Shown piece by piece: positions 12,401-47,354 of a stretch of 64,000 bases of DNA. The stretch is from Octopus sinensis. Lineage: Eukaryota. Each line of letters opens with the position of its first letter. Position 1 is the stretch's first letter. The DNA lies in contig NC_043000.1 of assembly GCF_006345805.1 (NCBI RefSeq), positions 59,396,001 through 59,460,000 on the forward strand, written 5' to 3'. Both the position numbers and the translations under genes were made by a program. The notes below the pieces were generated by a model. That model worked only from the letters and a program-made list of their open reading frames with translations, was not told where the DNA came from and did not search any database.

Positions 12401-15400
12401 TGTCATCAGCTGCCAAAACACATGGAATAAACTATGGCACAGGGGTAGCAACTTCAGGGGAGGAGGTAAGTTGATTACATCGACCCCAGTACTCAACTGG
12501 TACTTATTTTATGAAGCCTGGAAGGATGAAAGGTAAAGTCGACTGTGGCAGAATTTGAACTCAGAATGTAAAGACAGATGAAATGCTGCTAAGCATTCTG
12601 CCTGGTGTGCTTATGAGTCTGCTACTTTGCCACTTTTAAATAAGTAATGATATTAGATCTCTAAATTACACTAAATTATGAGCAATCTAGAATGAAAAAT
12701 AATATGCAATGTAAAATAAGGAGCATGCATACCATCATTCTCATAAACAAAACTGATGATTACAAACTGACCTGACACCAAGAATTAATCCAGCTTCTCG
12801 TTTGGACATTTTGGGTTCAAAACCACCTTTGTAATATTTGTTATAGGTAAATGCCTGAACAAAAAGAAAGTTGCTTATTAGAATAAAAATTAACATTGTT
12901 ATTCATAATACAGGACAGTAAAATAATTATTAACAAACTGTTTGTTTTCTCTCTCCCTCAAAAGACAAAGATATATATATCTTTGTCTTTTGAGTTACTT
13001 GATAATTTTACTAATGCCAGTATCATATAAAAAAAAAGCATTCAGAACACTCTGTAAAGTGGTTGGCATTAGGAAGAATATTCAGTCATAGAAACTATGC
13101 CAAAGAAGACTTTGGAGTTTGATGCAATCTTCCAGCTTGTATGATCCTGTCAAACTATTCAAGCAATGCCAACCAGGAACGTAGATAATTATCAATGATA
13201 ATGATGATTAAAAATATATCACCATCATTTAATGTCTATCTTATATGCTGAAAATGGCTAGATAGTTCAAATGGAAATGACAAGCCAGAGGACTGTACCA
13301 GGCTCCACTATCTGCTTAGTCATAGTTTTTATGACTGAATGCTCTTCCCAACACCAGTCACTTTACAGAGTGTACTGGGTTTTCTTTTTTTGCAGCATTT
13401 GCACTATAATGTCACCAATAACTTACAAGAACAATTCAACTAAGCAGAGGTGTTGTATTGAGGGAGGTGGCTTTATACCAGGTGTTGAGAGATTACATTC
13501 AATACATAAGTACATAAGTACATAAACATACAGTAGCAAAGAAAACACTTTCTCTTCACATGTGTCTCTGAAAACTGGTTAAAGATTAATAAAAACACAT
13601 TTGGAAGGATAGGGTTCCAGCCAAATGAATTAACTCCAGTATATTACTGGTGTTTATGTAATGAATGCCAGAAGCACCCAAGTAAATTTCAGCAGAGCTT
13701 GAAATCAGAAGGTAGAGTGATGCAATTAAATACCACAAGGCATTTAAGTTACCACTCTGCTATCTCACAAACTTAATAACAATAATAATAAAAACATAAA
13801 ATATGAAGATACCAGTAAGAAGCTAAATACTTACAGATGTTGATGGTAAAGAATCTATTTGTTTTTTTAAAGTTTCTCCTGCAACTTTGCCATAACGAAG
13901 AGCATAGCGACCTGTAAAAAGAATGAATATTCACACATGATGCACTGATGGACATTATGAGAACTGTATTTTTCAAGTATAATAACCAACATTAATAATC
14001 ACTGTTGATAGGTTCATCAGAGTCTTTTACCCTCTGTCTGTCCTGTATATCACATATGGTGCACAGGATATATAAAGGAAAGCTTTATATAACTCAGAAT
14101 GTATGAAACAAGGGCTAACTAATAGTTTGAAAACAAGCATGAATGTTTAGGACAAACTTATGAAAATGCTTTGAACTGGAAAAGGGTTAATATTAAAAAT
14201 ATTTTTAACACCTAACAGGTACATCATTTGTGTTTTCTTGAATTCATTCCTCTTAAACTATTCATCATCTGCCAGCCTTTTAATGTCTATATAGCTGATG
14301 CAGTCATCTCAACATCATCATCATTGTTGTTTAATGTCTGCTTTCCATGATGGCATGGGTTGGATGGTTTGACTGAGGACTGGTAAGCCAGGAGTCTAGC
14401 CCAGGCTCCAATCAGATCAGGCAAGGTTTCTACAGCTGGATGCCCTTCCTAACACTGACCACTTTGAGAGCAAAGTGGATGCTTTTTACATGCCATCAGC
14501 ACGGGGACCAGTCAGGTGGCACTAGTATTGACCACACATGAATGGTGCTTTTTTACGTCAGGTGGCACTGGTATTGGCCACAACTACGATTTCACTTGAC
14601 TCAACAGGTCTTCTCAAGCACAGCATATTGCTCAACGAGTGAAGGTTACTTTTAAATGGGCCAGTTATGTGACACTGGCATTGGCTAGCACATCTTGATG
14701 CAATACTTTATATCCAACAATAACTTTAAAAGTAAATATGTTTAGGAGTCCAATATAGTTAACAAAACTGGTATTTATCTCCAGTTTAATGGTTATTAAA
14801 GCTGATGATTCAATCTAGATGTATTCTGCCTCAATACATAATGTCAACAATAAAATTTGAACACAAAATCTGTAAGCTTGTAGTTGAATAGCATATCAAT
14901 TTAACTACTTTGCCTTAACCTAATAAGAATTATATCATGTAACAGATCTTAATTTCTCTATTTTGAATAAACCATCACAACAGATATTTTTACTGCTGGC
15001 TGAATTAATCTATTTAATATTCTTTAAATATTGGGTAATTGTCACATCATATAACAGTCACCTGTTATATTGTCTACATCAGTATTTCCCAAACTTTTTG
15101 CGCCAAATTGCAATATTGCCCACCTATGAGCCAAAAAATGCTCCATAATAATTAATGATTGTATTATAAAGGAAAAGAATAAAGCTTTTTAATGAGAACC
15201 ATGTGTTTCGTGCAATGCAGCTAGTGCAGATACATTCGGTTTCAAACTTGTCGACTTTAGCCACAAGTCTCCTCAGTGTATCACATCCAGTGCAATTCTT
15301 TTATGGGAAAATAAAGTTCCAACATGGTTAAAACCAGATTCAACCAGGTATAAGGTAGGGAAGGCAAGCAAAAGTAATTTCATTATGATGATATTGCATT

Positions 15401-18400
15401 GTGGTGTCATTGTCATTTTGTAATCCTATCAATTCCTCCTGAACATCATCCTCGCAATCGACTGCACTGACCTCAAATGGACTGCTATACCAATTTAGAA
15501 TATTCAGCATAATAACATCTTGAAATCATTCCACCATGTTATCGAGCAATGATTGTAAATAGTTACGATATATAGTTAAATCCGCATCAATCAATTCATC
15601 TTTCAAAGAATCAATTTGTGGAAATTGATGGATTTACGTTTTGAAATGTTAGTCGTAAACAACACCAATTTCGAAATGAGGGTAGTGATAAATAATTTAC
15701 AATCAACAAGAGTTTTTCTGTTTCCTTGCAGTAATTTATTCAAATCATTTAATTTTGTGAATATATCACAAAGAAAAAGGATATCACACCTTGCAGCCAT
15801 CAATGAAGCGGATAGTGGAGTATCTTCAAAGAAAAAGATATTATATAAAACAGTTCAACAAAGCGTAAAACACAGTTTCCTTTTGATAGCCACCGCACTT
15901 TGGTATGGTATAAGAGTTTAGTATGGTCCTCATCATTCTCAGACAGAGTTGATGGAAAATTCAATCAGACAAGGGACTGGATTTCAATTTGTTCACAGTC
16001 TTGATAACTAACTGTAGCAAAATATTTATAACTAAAGAAAAAATTTTCATTTAGAAGTCACTATATTTAAAATATTAATGTCAACATCTGTCCAAATTCT
16101 TGGGCAGTTATTGTTATAACTACCCAAGTCTAGTAAAATAGACTTCTAAATATTTTTTTATCATCATCATCATTTAACATTTGCTTTCTATGCTGGCATA
16201 GATCAGACGGTTTCACAGGATTCAGTGAGCCACAGGACTGCACTGAGCACCAGTGTCAGCTTTGGCATGTTTCCTATGGCTAGCCAAAGCTGACACTGGA
16301 GCTCAGCATGACCCTGCAGCTTGGTGGATCCTGTGGAACCATCCAACCCATGCCAGCATGGAAAGCAAACATTAAAGAATGATGATGATGATGAAATGAA
16401 AGTCTGTGGTACTAAGAGATTAATATATTTATTCCTGTTTTCCCCACTCTCACACATGCATGTACATTATGCATGTACTCCTTCAGTTTACAACATAGCT
16501 TTGTACCTCAAACTAAGGGATATAACTTTGGAAGCCTTCGCGTTTATATTTATTGGAGGTGAGGAGCATGATCATAATTTCCTCGGTTTTACAGAAAGCC
16601 AAGTAGTTTGTTTTCACCCTTGGCCTTCAGCAAAAAGAGCCTAGCTATACATTTCCAATCAATTATATCTTACGATTGTTTGGGCATGCCTTTTGCTTAG
16701 GGAAGTCTGATTCTGCATGAATTATTTGCTAAATATGCTTAGTCACCTGGTTCTTCATTTAAAACATTGTACTAAAATTATACTAATCTATTACTTTAAA
16801 TTGAGTGTGCTCTTTTTTTTTCTGACTTAAGAACTTTCCTTGGGCAGTTATTTTTCAATACACACACACACACACATATTTGTGTCAACATGCTGTCTTA
16901 AAGATTGCATGTTGGAAATTACACCATACACATATACATATAAAAGTATTACCTGCAAATCCAACGATAGTACAGCCAATTCCAACAAGAATGAGGTTAC
17001 TAGCCTATGAAGTATGAATAAAAACAATGAATAATATCACAGAGAGAAATCCATAAAATGTTCATAATGTATACAAAAAAAAAGACAAAATAAAAACAAG
17101 GTGGAAAAAAGAAAAAGGAGAGTAAAAAGAAAACATCAATGCAACACCAAGTGCTTCAATTGGTCGCACACCACAAGTGTGAATGAAACCTATTGAAGCA
17201 AGCCAGCACGCTTGCAGCATTACCATGGGCAATGACAAGGCTAAGGTGTTGGAAAAGCAATGCACCATCACAGGCATCACCTGATACCTTGTTGAGGTAA
17301 GCTGCTATCGATGACAAGAACTTCATGGTTAGTGGCCCAGTCTCTCCAAATGTCTCAAATGCTACAGGTTGGAAGAGATAGTTCACTGCCAGGTGATGAC
17401 TCATAGCAAAAGTGTGTCTGTCCTCAGTTTCTAACTGCCCATTCACTGAATTTTCCCCTATTCAGCTAGGAGTGGGTACTAAGCTAGGTTTTGAAGCTGA
17501 TGCTCATGCCACTTGGGCTTTCACAAACTTGCCCTCTGAGTTCCCAAAGGTCATCCCCAAACTAGACCTTAGGAACGCCTTTAATTCTATCAGTCGGGAT
17601 GTCATCCTCCATGCAGTAAGGGAGAATTCCCCACAACTTTATCACTTTGCTTGGCAAACCTACTGGGAGTCCGCCTACCTCTCCTTTGATGGCCACCTTA
17701 TCCCATCTGTCTCTGGAGTCCAGCAAGGTGACCCACTTGATCCTGCCCTATTCACATTGGGTATTGATGATGTTACCAAGACAGAAGCCAACCTTGAATT
17801 AAATGTCTGGTATCTCAATGATGCTTGTTTGGGAGTCCCTCCTGATAAGCTGCTTGCAACTGCAAGGATAATGATTGAGGAACTTGGTCATAAGGGCCTT
17901 AGCGTTAACAACTCCAAATGAGAGCTCGGGTTCTTCAACCATCCAGCTTCATTTGAGCAGTCTATTAAACTATTTATTGACTTCCTCCCCTCTATTGCAG
18001 TTCCTCCTTCATCAGCGTGATGCTCCCTTGGAGCCCAATTACTGACCAAACTTTTAACTTCATCTTTCAGTCCAAAATGGTTAACCTTCAATAACTTTTT
18101 AAAAAACCTTGAGGTAATTGAGCTCCACCAAGGATATTTTTAAACTTAGGAATTACTTGTCAATTCTTAAGCTATTGAATTTTCTGAGAGTTAGTCCCTC
18201 TATAGCTTCACATCGTCTTTTCAATGCTTCGATGACCTAATCTTCAGGAAACTTGAATGCTTGGTCAATGTCAAACTCTCCCCAGAGTCCCATGACCAGG
18301 CTACTTTGCCCAAACGTTTTGGGGATCTAGATCTGTGCAAATGCTCGTCTCTATCTCTTCCCAGTTTTCTTTCCTCCATCCATACTTGCTCCCCTTTAGT

Positions 18401-19670
18401 AGGCAACATCTCTCCAACATGGACTAATTCCAACAGGGAGATGGATGAAGCTCTGTTACAGTGCAGAGAGCTGGGTTTGTCAGTTCCTGTTACAGTTGAG
18501 GAAAGACAGAAGTAGATAATATGGGACAATCTGCATTCAGGTGCCACTTTCAACTCTCTCCTTGATCAATCTGATGAATTTTCAAGGTGTCACATACTTC
18601 TAGCTAGTGCAAAATTCTCGGGACTGGATTGATGCCCTGCCTATGACCAACATTGGAGGTCTACTCAGTCTAGATGAACTCCACATCTGCATCACACTCA
18701 GAGTGGGAGCTGACGTCTGCAGGGGACTGAGATGTCGCTGTGGTAGGCACTTGGACCCCACAGGTCTTCACGGTCTGTTTTGCAGCCTAAATGCTGGTCG
18801 CTTCACTTGTCACACTGAGCTAAACCTAATCATTAAGGCTCAGATTAATATCCCCTCAGTTCTGGGGCTGATGGGGAGCAGGGAGGTATTTTAAAACGAT
18901 TAATAGTCTGCCTATATAGCTTTACCTTCATTATATTGTATGGGGTTTTCCTATTCAATATAAATCTACAGTAGACTTGCGATATATAAAAAAATTTTTA
19001 AATACCCATATTTGCAAATAACAGTGGGTAACATACGTTTAGAGATACGTGCATGCGAATTTTTTTTTTTAAAGCGGATAAAATATAATTTATAATTATA
19101 TAACTGTCGATTTATGAGGCATAAGGGCAATTTCCAACTCAAGTAAAAGTTAATGGGAGATAAACTGCATCTATAAAACTATCGGACTGAAATAAATGCA
19201 CTGCACTAATATTGCACTGGTGATTGATGTCCAAGTTCCTTAAGAAAGGTGAAAAAACTGGATATTAGGAGACATTTATGTTGGTTCACGGTAATTTTGG
19301 AACAGCTACAAACGCACATTAAATTGTTAATAACACTAACAATCATTATGACGACAATCGGTTTTATTATTACGCAAGCTGGAATAGTGACAGGAAGCAT
19401 GGATCAAATAATAGTTTATAGTTAATCATATAATTTACATCTATAGTGAAATGTTTAAACCTTCGAATAAAGAATCAAATTTCTAGATTTGATGATGGTT
19501 TATGCAACTTAATCGTTTCTTCGGATTCTACTATTTTAAACAATTAAACACTTGTGCTTCATCGCCACATGACTGACACAGTCTAACAATTTCAACTTCA
19601 TCCACGAGTTTGGTGCTGCATTATTCGAAATTTATATTCAGCACGACGTTTTACCGTAGAGCTAATAAAC

Positions 19671-19728
<58 letters not shown>

Positions 19729-19929
19729 CTTTGTAAATGAATGTTATTTAATAGCGTTTTCTCTCATTAATATTTGTGGAACTTGATATGTAACTAGAAA
19801 TCGGAAACAATAAAAGTTAATGAATGATCAAACACGAAGTAGGAAATATTCGATAATCATAATTTTACATATGAAATACTCCTGTCACTCGAACTAAATA
19901 AATGAATTAACTTTTCAAATGCTCACCAT
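6348..19929 (-). CDS. DNAJC19: DnaJ homolog subfamily C member 19 / mitochondrial import motor subunit TIM14 (PAM18), complete 6-exon CDS, 117 aa
   Basis: complement(join(6348..6415,9003..9073,12772..12854,13835..13911,16953..17004,19927..19929)) = 354 nt, all GT-AG and in frame. Protein: [117 protein letters not shown]. N-terminal hydrophobic anchor, GGFEPKM..REA.LILG, J-domain HPD and GGSPY.[9 protein letters not shown] are diagnostic. The short N-terminus fits DNAJC19 rather than DNAJC15. Confidence 0.95.
6950..8110 (-). mobile_element. decayed RTE-clade LINE fragment (RT region)
   Basis: Minus-strand STTDT..SVRQLQE...AFINLVKAF...VWRLLRK near 7030-7180 matches the RTE RT consensus STTDAIF..RQLQEK...AFVDLEKAFD; heavily mutated. 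Confidence 0.65.
8200..8970 (-). mobile_element. decayed CR1/L2/Jockey-type LINE RT fragment
   Basis: SWICSFLTDHTIVAYVDGAFSAPFSIKSDISQ.SV..LYPLYIN resembles W..SFL..R...V.V.G..S....V.SGVPQGSVL.P.LF.LYIND. Confidence 0.6.
9003..9073 (-). CDS. DNAJC19: DNAJC19 coding exon 5 (HPD motif)
   Basis: tttag|[24 protein letters not shown]|gtaagt, 71 nt. Confidence 0.96.
10255..10425 (+). mobile_element. tRNA-derived SINE family B
   Basis: GGCAAGCTGGCAGAAACGTTAGCA...GAGTTCAAATTCC...GACTTTGTCTTTCATCC; other copies at ~12430-12635(-), 23774-24000(+), 37995-38200(-) and 55765-55865(-). Confidence 0.7.
11060..11850 (-). mobile_element. RTE-clade LINE 5' fragment (apurinic-like endonuclease)
   Basis: FRVGTLNVGTLKDRSSKIVEMLEQRHVDVCCVQEVRWRG and later GDFNGHV, NQINFILTR, PQHRLVISDF are the classic APE motifs; frameshifted. 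Confidence 0.85.
12772..12854 (-). CDS. DNAJC19: DNAJC19 coding exon 4
   Basis: ttcag|[28 protein letters not shown]|gtcagt, 83 nt. Confidence 0.96.
13835..13911 (-). CDS. DNAJC19: DNAJC19 coding exon 3
   Basis: tacag|(G)[25 protein letters not shown]|gtaagt, 77 nt. Confidence 0.92.
15080..16010 (-). mobile_element. hAT Charlie/Buster-type transposon 3' fragment
   Basis: HTKVRWLSKG, LFLCDIFTKLNDLNKLLQG and LLLAFPTLYLVESGFN (dimerisation domain) on the minus strand; terminus CAGTATTTCCCAAAC at 15080 is a Charlie-like TIR. Confidence 0.85.
16953..17004 (-). CDS. DNAJC19: DNAJC19 coding exon 2
   Basis: catag|[18 protein letters not shown]|gtaat, 52 nt. Confidence 0.93.
17060..18870. mobile_element. 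CRE-like (RT + restriction-like endonuclease) non-LTR retrotransposon, decayed, with internal inversion
   Basis: Plus strand: PIQLGVG, LDLRNAFNSISR, GVQQGDPLDPALF, WYLND and the Zn-knuckle CRCGRHLDPTGLHGLFC...HTELN. Minus strand (~17150-17430): C-terminal FQPVAFETFG...LFQHLSLVIAHGNAASVL followed by a U-rich 3' tail. Confidence 0.82.
19675..19728. repeat. (TA)n microsatellite
   Basis: Direct reading; other (TA)n tracts at ~24585-24625, 24938-24965, 30936-30959, 42924-42949, 56341-56397, 56615-56644 and 59314-59340. Confidence 0.95.
19927..19929 (-). CDS. DNAJC19: DNAJC19 coding exon 1 (ATG only)
   Basis: Minus strand AAATATG|GTGAGC. Exon 2 starts in phase 0 without a Met; an ATG-only first coding exon matches vertebrate DNAJC19. 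Confidence 0.8.
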
Positions 19930-43084
<23,155 letters not shown>

Positions 43085-43562
43085 ACTTTTATGCTGTAAA
43101 AATGGATCTTAATTATTCATAATGAATATTCAGCTTAGGCCCAAGGTTTCACCTTGGTGTATGTGCTGATTGTGTACCTGAAAACATTGTCATCTTTGTT
43201 GATTACATGCACCTGAAAACAAATCTGATTAACAGAATAACAACAAAACAAGATTTATATTTTTTATATTTCCTATTTTCATAAAAACAAATCTGTACAT
43301 TATCACCATCTTGTTTGCCATGAAAGTAGTTGCTACTGCCATTTTATATAACGGGTGTTAATAATTGTAGCAGTAGCAGTTGTTATAGTGCTGTGGAGAT
43401 TTTGCAGGCAGGGGAAATAGGGAATTAGACTTATATTTCAAAGTAGAAGCACAATGATGTAAAACAAAAATTTGTCTAAAATAGATAATGTTGGATTATT
43501 CAACATCTTTGATGTTTCCACAATGTTTTGACCAGATTGTTATATATCTGATGATTTTGTCA

Positions 43563-43593
43563 AATAAATAACATACATACAGAATAAAATAAA
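43563..43593 (+). terminator. candidate polyadenylation signals of EARS2
   Basis: Clustered AATAAA hexamers (43563, 43583, 43588) about 480-500 nt after the stop. Confidence 0.45.
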
Positions 43594-46500
43594 TCAAGTT
43601 TAACCTTGAGGTTATCATAAATTTAGTTGATGGAATTCTAAAGTTTTATTATTTTCCTTTAAATAACTCAGAATTGCACACAAAAAAAGGACATGAATTC
43701 TGCCTTTGATTTGAAAGTGGTATAAAAAATTTAAACATAATGTGTAAAAAAATATGCAAGATGATGGGGTTGATAAATGATAATAAATAACATACATTTT
43801 GTACTGTTTGTTTTGTCTAATCTTTCATGTCATAAGATCTGCTATAATGTTCCAAGAGTAAACTTTTTTTTGTGGCTTATGGTATTTATTTAAATCCAGT
43901 GGATAACACCTTGAGAAACCACAGGAGTCGATAGGACTTACAACATTAATTCTGCTGTAGTATTAAGGAAATGAGGTACATCATCCTTTGGATAGTATGC
44001 TTATTATAGGCTTAGATTTCTCAAACGTTTGTCACCCTTAAACCAACTAGGTGTGCTGAAGCAAATAGAATTGTTTCCTAGTGACAATGATTAATGATGA
44101 ACTCACCTGCAATAGGATACAAAATCATAAACTGCTAAATAAACTATCAAGTTGGTCATAAAATTCTATTTTATTTATTAGAAGAGGAGTGTGTGTGTTA
44201 AGTTCATTTGAGAATGTTTTTACCCCTTTCAAAGTGAGGTTGATACGTTTAGAGAGCAATAACTAAATTCAATGCCATAAATTGCAGCTAGCCAAATTGA
44301 TAGTGCCTTATTACCAGCTGAAGAGTTATTGTGAATCCTGTTGCAAAAGCACTATATTTATCATTTCTTTAGCTTGCAATTCTTAGCTCACTCACTTCTC
44401 TGGGCCTAGAAAAGCCAATACAACTGTGTATTCTTCCTTGAACTATTGCTTTTCTTTTTTTTTTTTTTTATTATCAACAATAAAAAAATTTCGAACTATT
44501 TACATGAAGATGAGGATGTTGGCAATACTCCAACAACTCAATTGGTTAATACTAAAAGATATGAGGCGGTATTTCATGCAAAGGTAAGAACATTGTATTA
44601 GATACATTGCTGTATCCTAGTTAATATATATATATAATCTCACAGGTTGATCTCACAATTTCAATGCATATCCATTACCATTCTTAAAAAGTTATATGAA
44701 AAGTTAAGAACCAGTAATTTTTACTGAAAGGCAGAATACCCTTCAGGTCAACTTCAGCCATGACTAAAATGAGCATTTTTTTTTTAAATTCAATTTTTCG
44801 AATTTTCATTTCATCCTGATCTGTCTTACAACTATTAAATGTCATTAACTTTTTTTAATCTTTAGTTCTCATTTGTTTTTAGAGTTAGGTAATAAAAAAA
44901 AATTATACTGACAGCTTAAAATACTGCCTACACAAAGTAAAACTTATCTAGCAAATAACTTGTCAGTTCTGTCCAGAATGATGTGTGATTCACTGTTAAA
45001 ATTGTCAATGTTTAAACCCAAATATTAAATATTTTCTTTTTAATTATACCAAAGATATCCAGTTTTATACAAACAAATTAAATGACTATTACCAATTAAC
45101 TTCAAAAAAAATTTCACTTTAAGAACACAAAATAGTTATAGATGATCATGAATTTATTTTTATTTTTTTTTTACAAAAAGTATTTGATAAGTGGTTGAGT
45201 CACATGGCCATTTTGAGAGAAATGGGGGAGAATAAAAGAATTCTTTGTGATCTGTGGAAAATGAGGCATTCTGGATATTTAGCACAAATTGAACATGACA
45301 AGCCTGTTAATTGACATGCTGAATAGACGATATATTGAGTTATATATAGTCACAGAACAAATTTCAATTTTTCTTAAGTTTTTGTTTACCTCATAATCAA
45401 TTTGTACTAAACTTATAATCACTTGCTGTAATTATGAAACACAATCCTGAGCCACAGTGACAAAGAACTAGAAGAAATAGTATTTAAAAAGACATATATG
45501 CCAATGACAATATGAGAGAAACAAAAAAACAAACATTCCCCCCCCCATCAAAAAATTACATTCCTGATTACTTTATTTCACAAGCATTTACCTAGGTATG
45601 GGGCCGAACATATTTTAAACTAGTTCAACTATATAATATTGTACATTAAGTTTTTACATTTCTACCTAACATTCAAATTTACATGAATCTGAAATTTAAT
45701 AAAATTTGTCAAGGGAATAATTTTGTGGAATTTAATTACACTTCATTGTGAAGGGATTTTTTATGCTTTAATTCTGATTTTGAAATAGGAGGGGGTGATA
45801 AATTTGTGCCAGAAAAGCAGAATAAAATATATATTAGCTATGATTTTGTTGACAAAGCAATATTTTTTTTGCTTTTTGATGAGTGCATTTCAGAAAATGT
45901 TTTGACAAATAAATACTGATATGAAAGTTTATCAAACTATACTGAAACTGGTTCTTTCTTTGTCTTTAGATACAATAAAAACTGATTTGAAAAGGCATCA
46001 CTTTTCTGAACAGATAGTAATATGCATTTCTGTACTAGACTAGAAAATAAAGTACTGCAAATTGGAGAGATGTTCACTTTCAGTGAAGCAAGTTTATAAG
46101 ATTTATTTCCCTCTGTTAAATGAATTTTCTTAACATTTAAAAGACAGACAGCCAGATACATTTTAAAAATTGAATCCCTGATGATTTAAGTTTATCCAAG
46201 AAATCTTAAAAAAATGTATTATGCTTATATTACATGATGGTAAGTAAGATTAAATAAATGTATATTACATTTTGGACCTATCAGTACCTACATTAGAAAG
46301 CAATATAGATTTAAGACTTCTCAAGACGAAAAGTTGGCAAACATATATTTATTAGATGTGTCCAAGGATTTCTCTCAACAGAATTTCCCTTTGTTGACAC
46401 TTCTAATTATCACACCTAAATTGTTATGAAGTGACCTGCATGGCAATAATACATGCTACGAAAGCTTGCCTGGTAACAATCATTCAAATATGATTTAAAA

Positions 46501-47235
46501 AAAAAATTTTTTTACTGTAATGCTCAATCAGACATTTTCTTAGTCATTCAGAATTCCAAGGAACTATGGTAATATAACATTTAAAGAAAGTATGTTTTAC
46601 AATACATGATGTTCTAAATCAAGTCACTTTAATTTCATTTAACCATTTGGGATTCAGATTCCTGTCAACTATAATATTACTGAAACAGTTTTGAATTAAT
46701 CAATGCATTATCATGTAGCTTTGAGATTCTGCTGATGTGACTATTTTCAGAATGACATTGTAAGGTAGGTGTGAAAGGCCAGATCTACCTGGCTTGAACG
46801 AAAACAGGTAGAATATTGGGGCCAGATATAGCTTGTTTTAAATGCTAAAGGGCTAAGAAGTTGAAACTGGTTGTGCATACAGTTAATCAAGAAAGAACCC
46901 ATTACTCTAATGTCTGCCATAAATATATCCTAGAATAATCTAAAAATTATTATCAATGGCATCATGTAGCTTATACACTAAAAGTTTAAAGCATTTTAAT
47001 CTCAAAATGTCTAACTTCTAATTATTATTTTAATAATATAGTTTATAGGCTATTATGTTTTTATAATGCATTGGTAATCAACTTTTATTTAAACAATGCT
47101 TCAAACAATATTTTAAAATTGTAGTCTATGCTTTTGGTATTAAGAGTAACTATCACAGACACAACTAGATAAGGAAACGGAAGCTCAGAAATTAAATGAG
47201 AATTATATATAAATTAAAAAGAAAAGGAACCAATT

Positions 47236-47354
47236 CTCACTGTAGGAGAGTTATCTCCCTTAGCTTTCCGTTAGCTGGAAGCTCTAAATCCCTAGGCTCG
47301 CGAAAGGCGGCAATCGCTACCGTATGGGCACAAGGCGAGGAGCAAGCCAGTGAA
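47236..47354 (-). ncRNA. unidentified structured RNA-like element (candidate ncRNA or 3' UTR cis-element)
   Basis: Isolated GC/CpG-rich island with nested complementary helices and G-U wobbles favouring the minus strand; no family recognised. Confidence 0.35.

Noticed and set aside
17412-17921. Functional host reverse transcriptase gene
   Set aside because: Catalytic YLDD is mutated to YLND, with stops and frameshifts; a TE relic.
47236-47354. HDV-like ribozyme, U6atac or H/ACA identity for the structured island (it has CUCCUCGC, GCUAAGGGAG, CAUACGGU..AUUGCC and a terminal ACA)
   Set aside because: The P2-P3-L3-P3'-P1' order of the HDV fold cannot be built, the conserved 5' part of U6atac is missing, and there is no ANANNA hinge between the hairpins.
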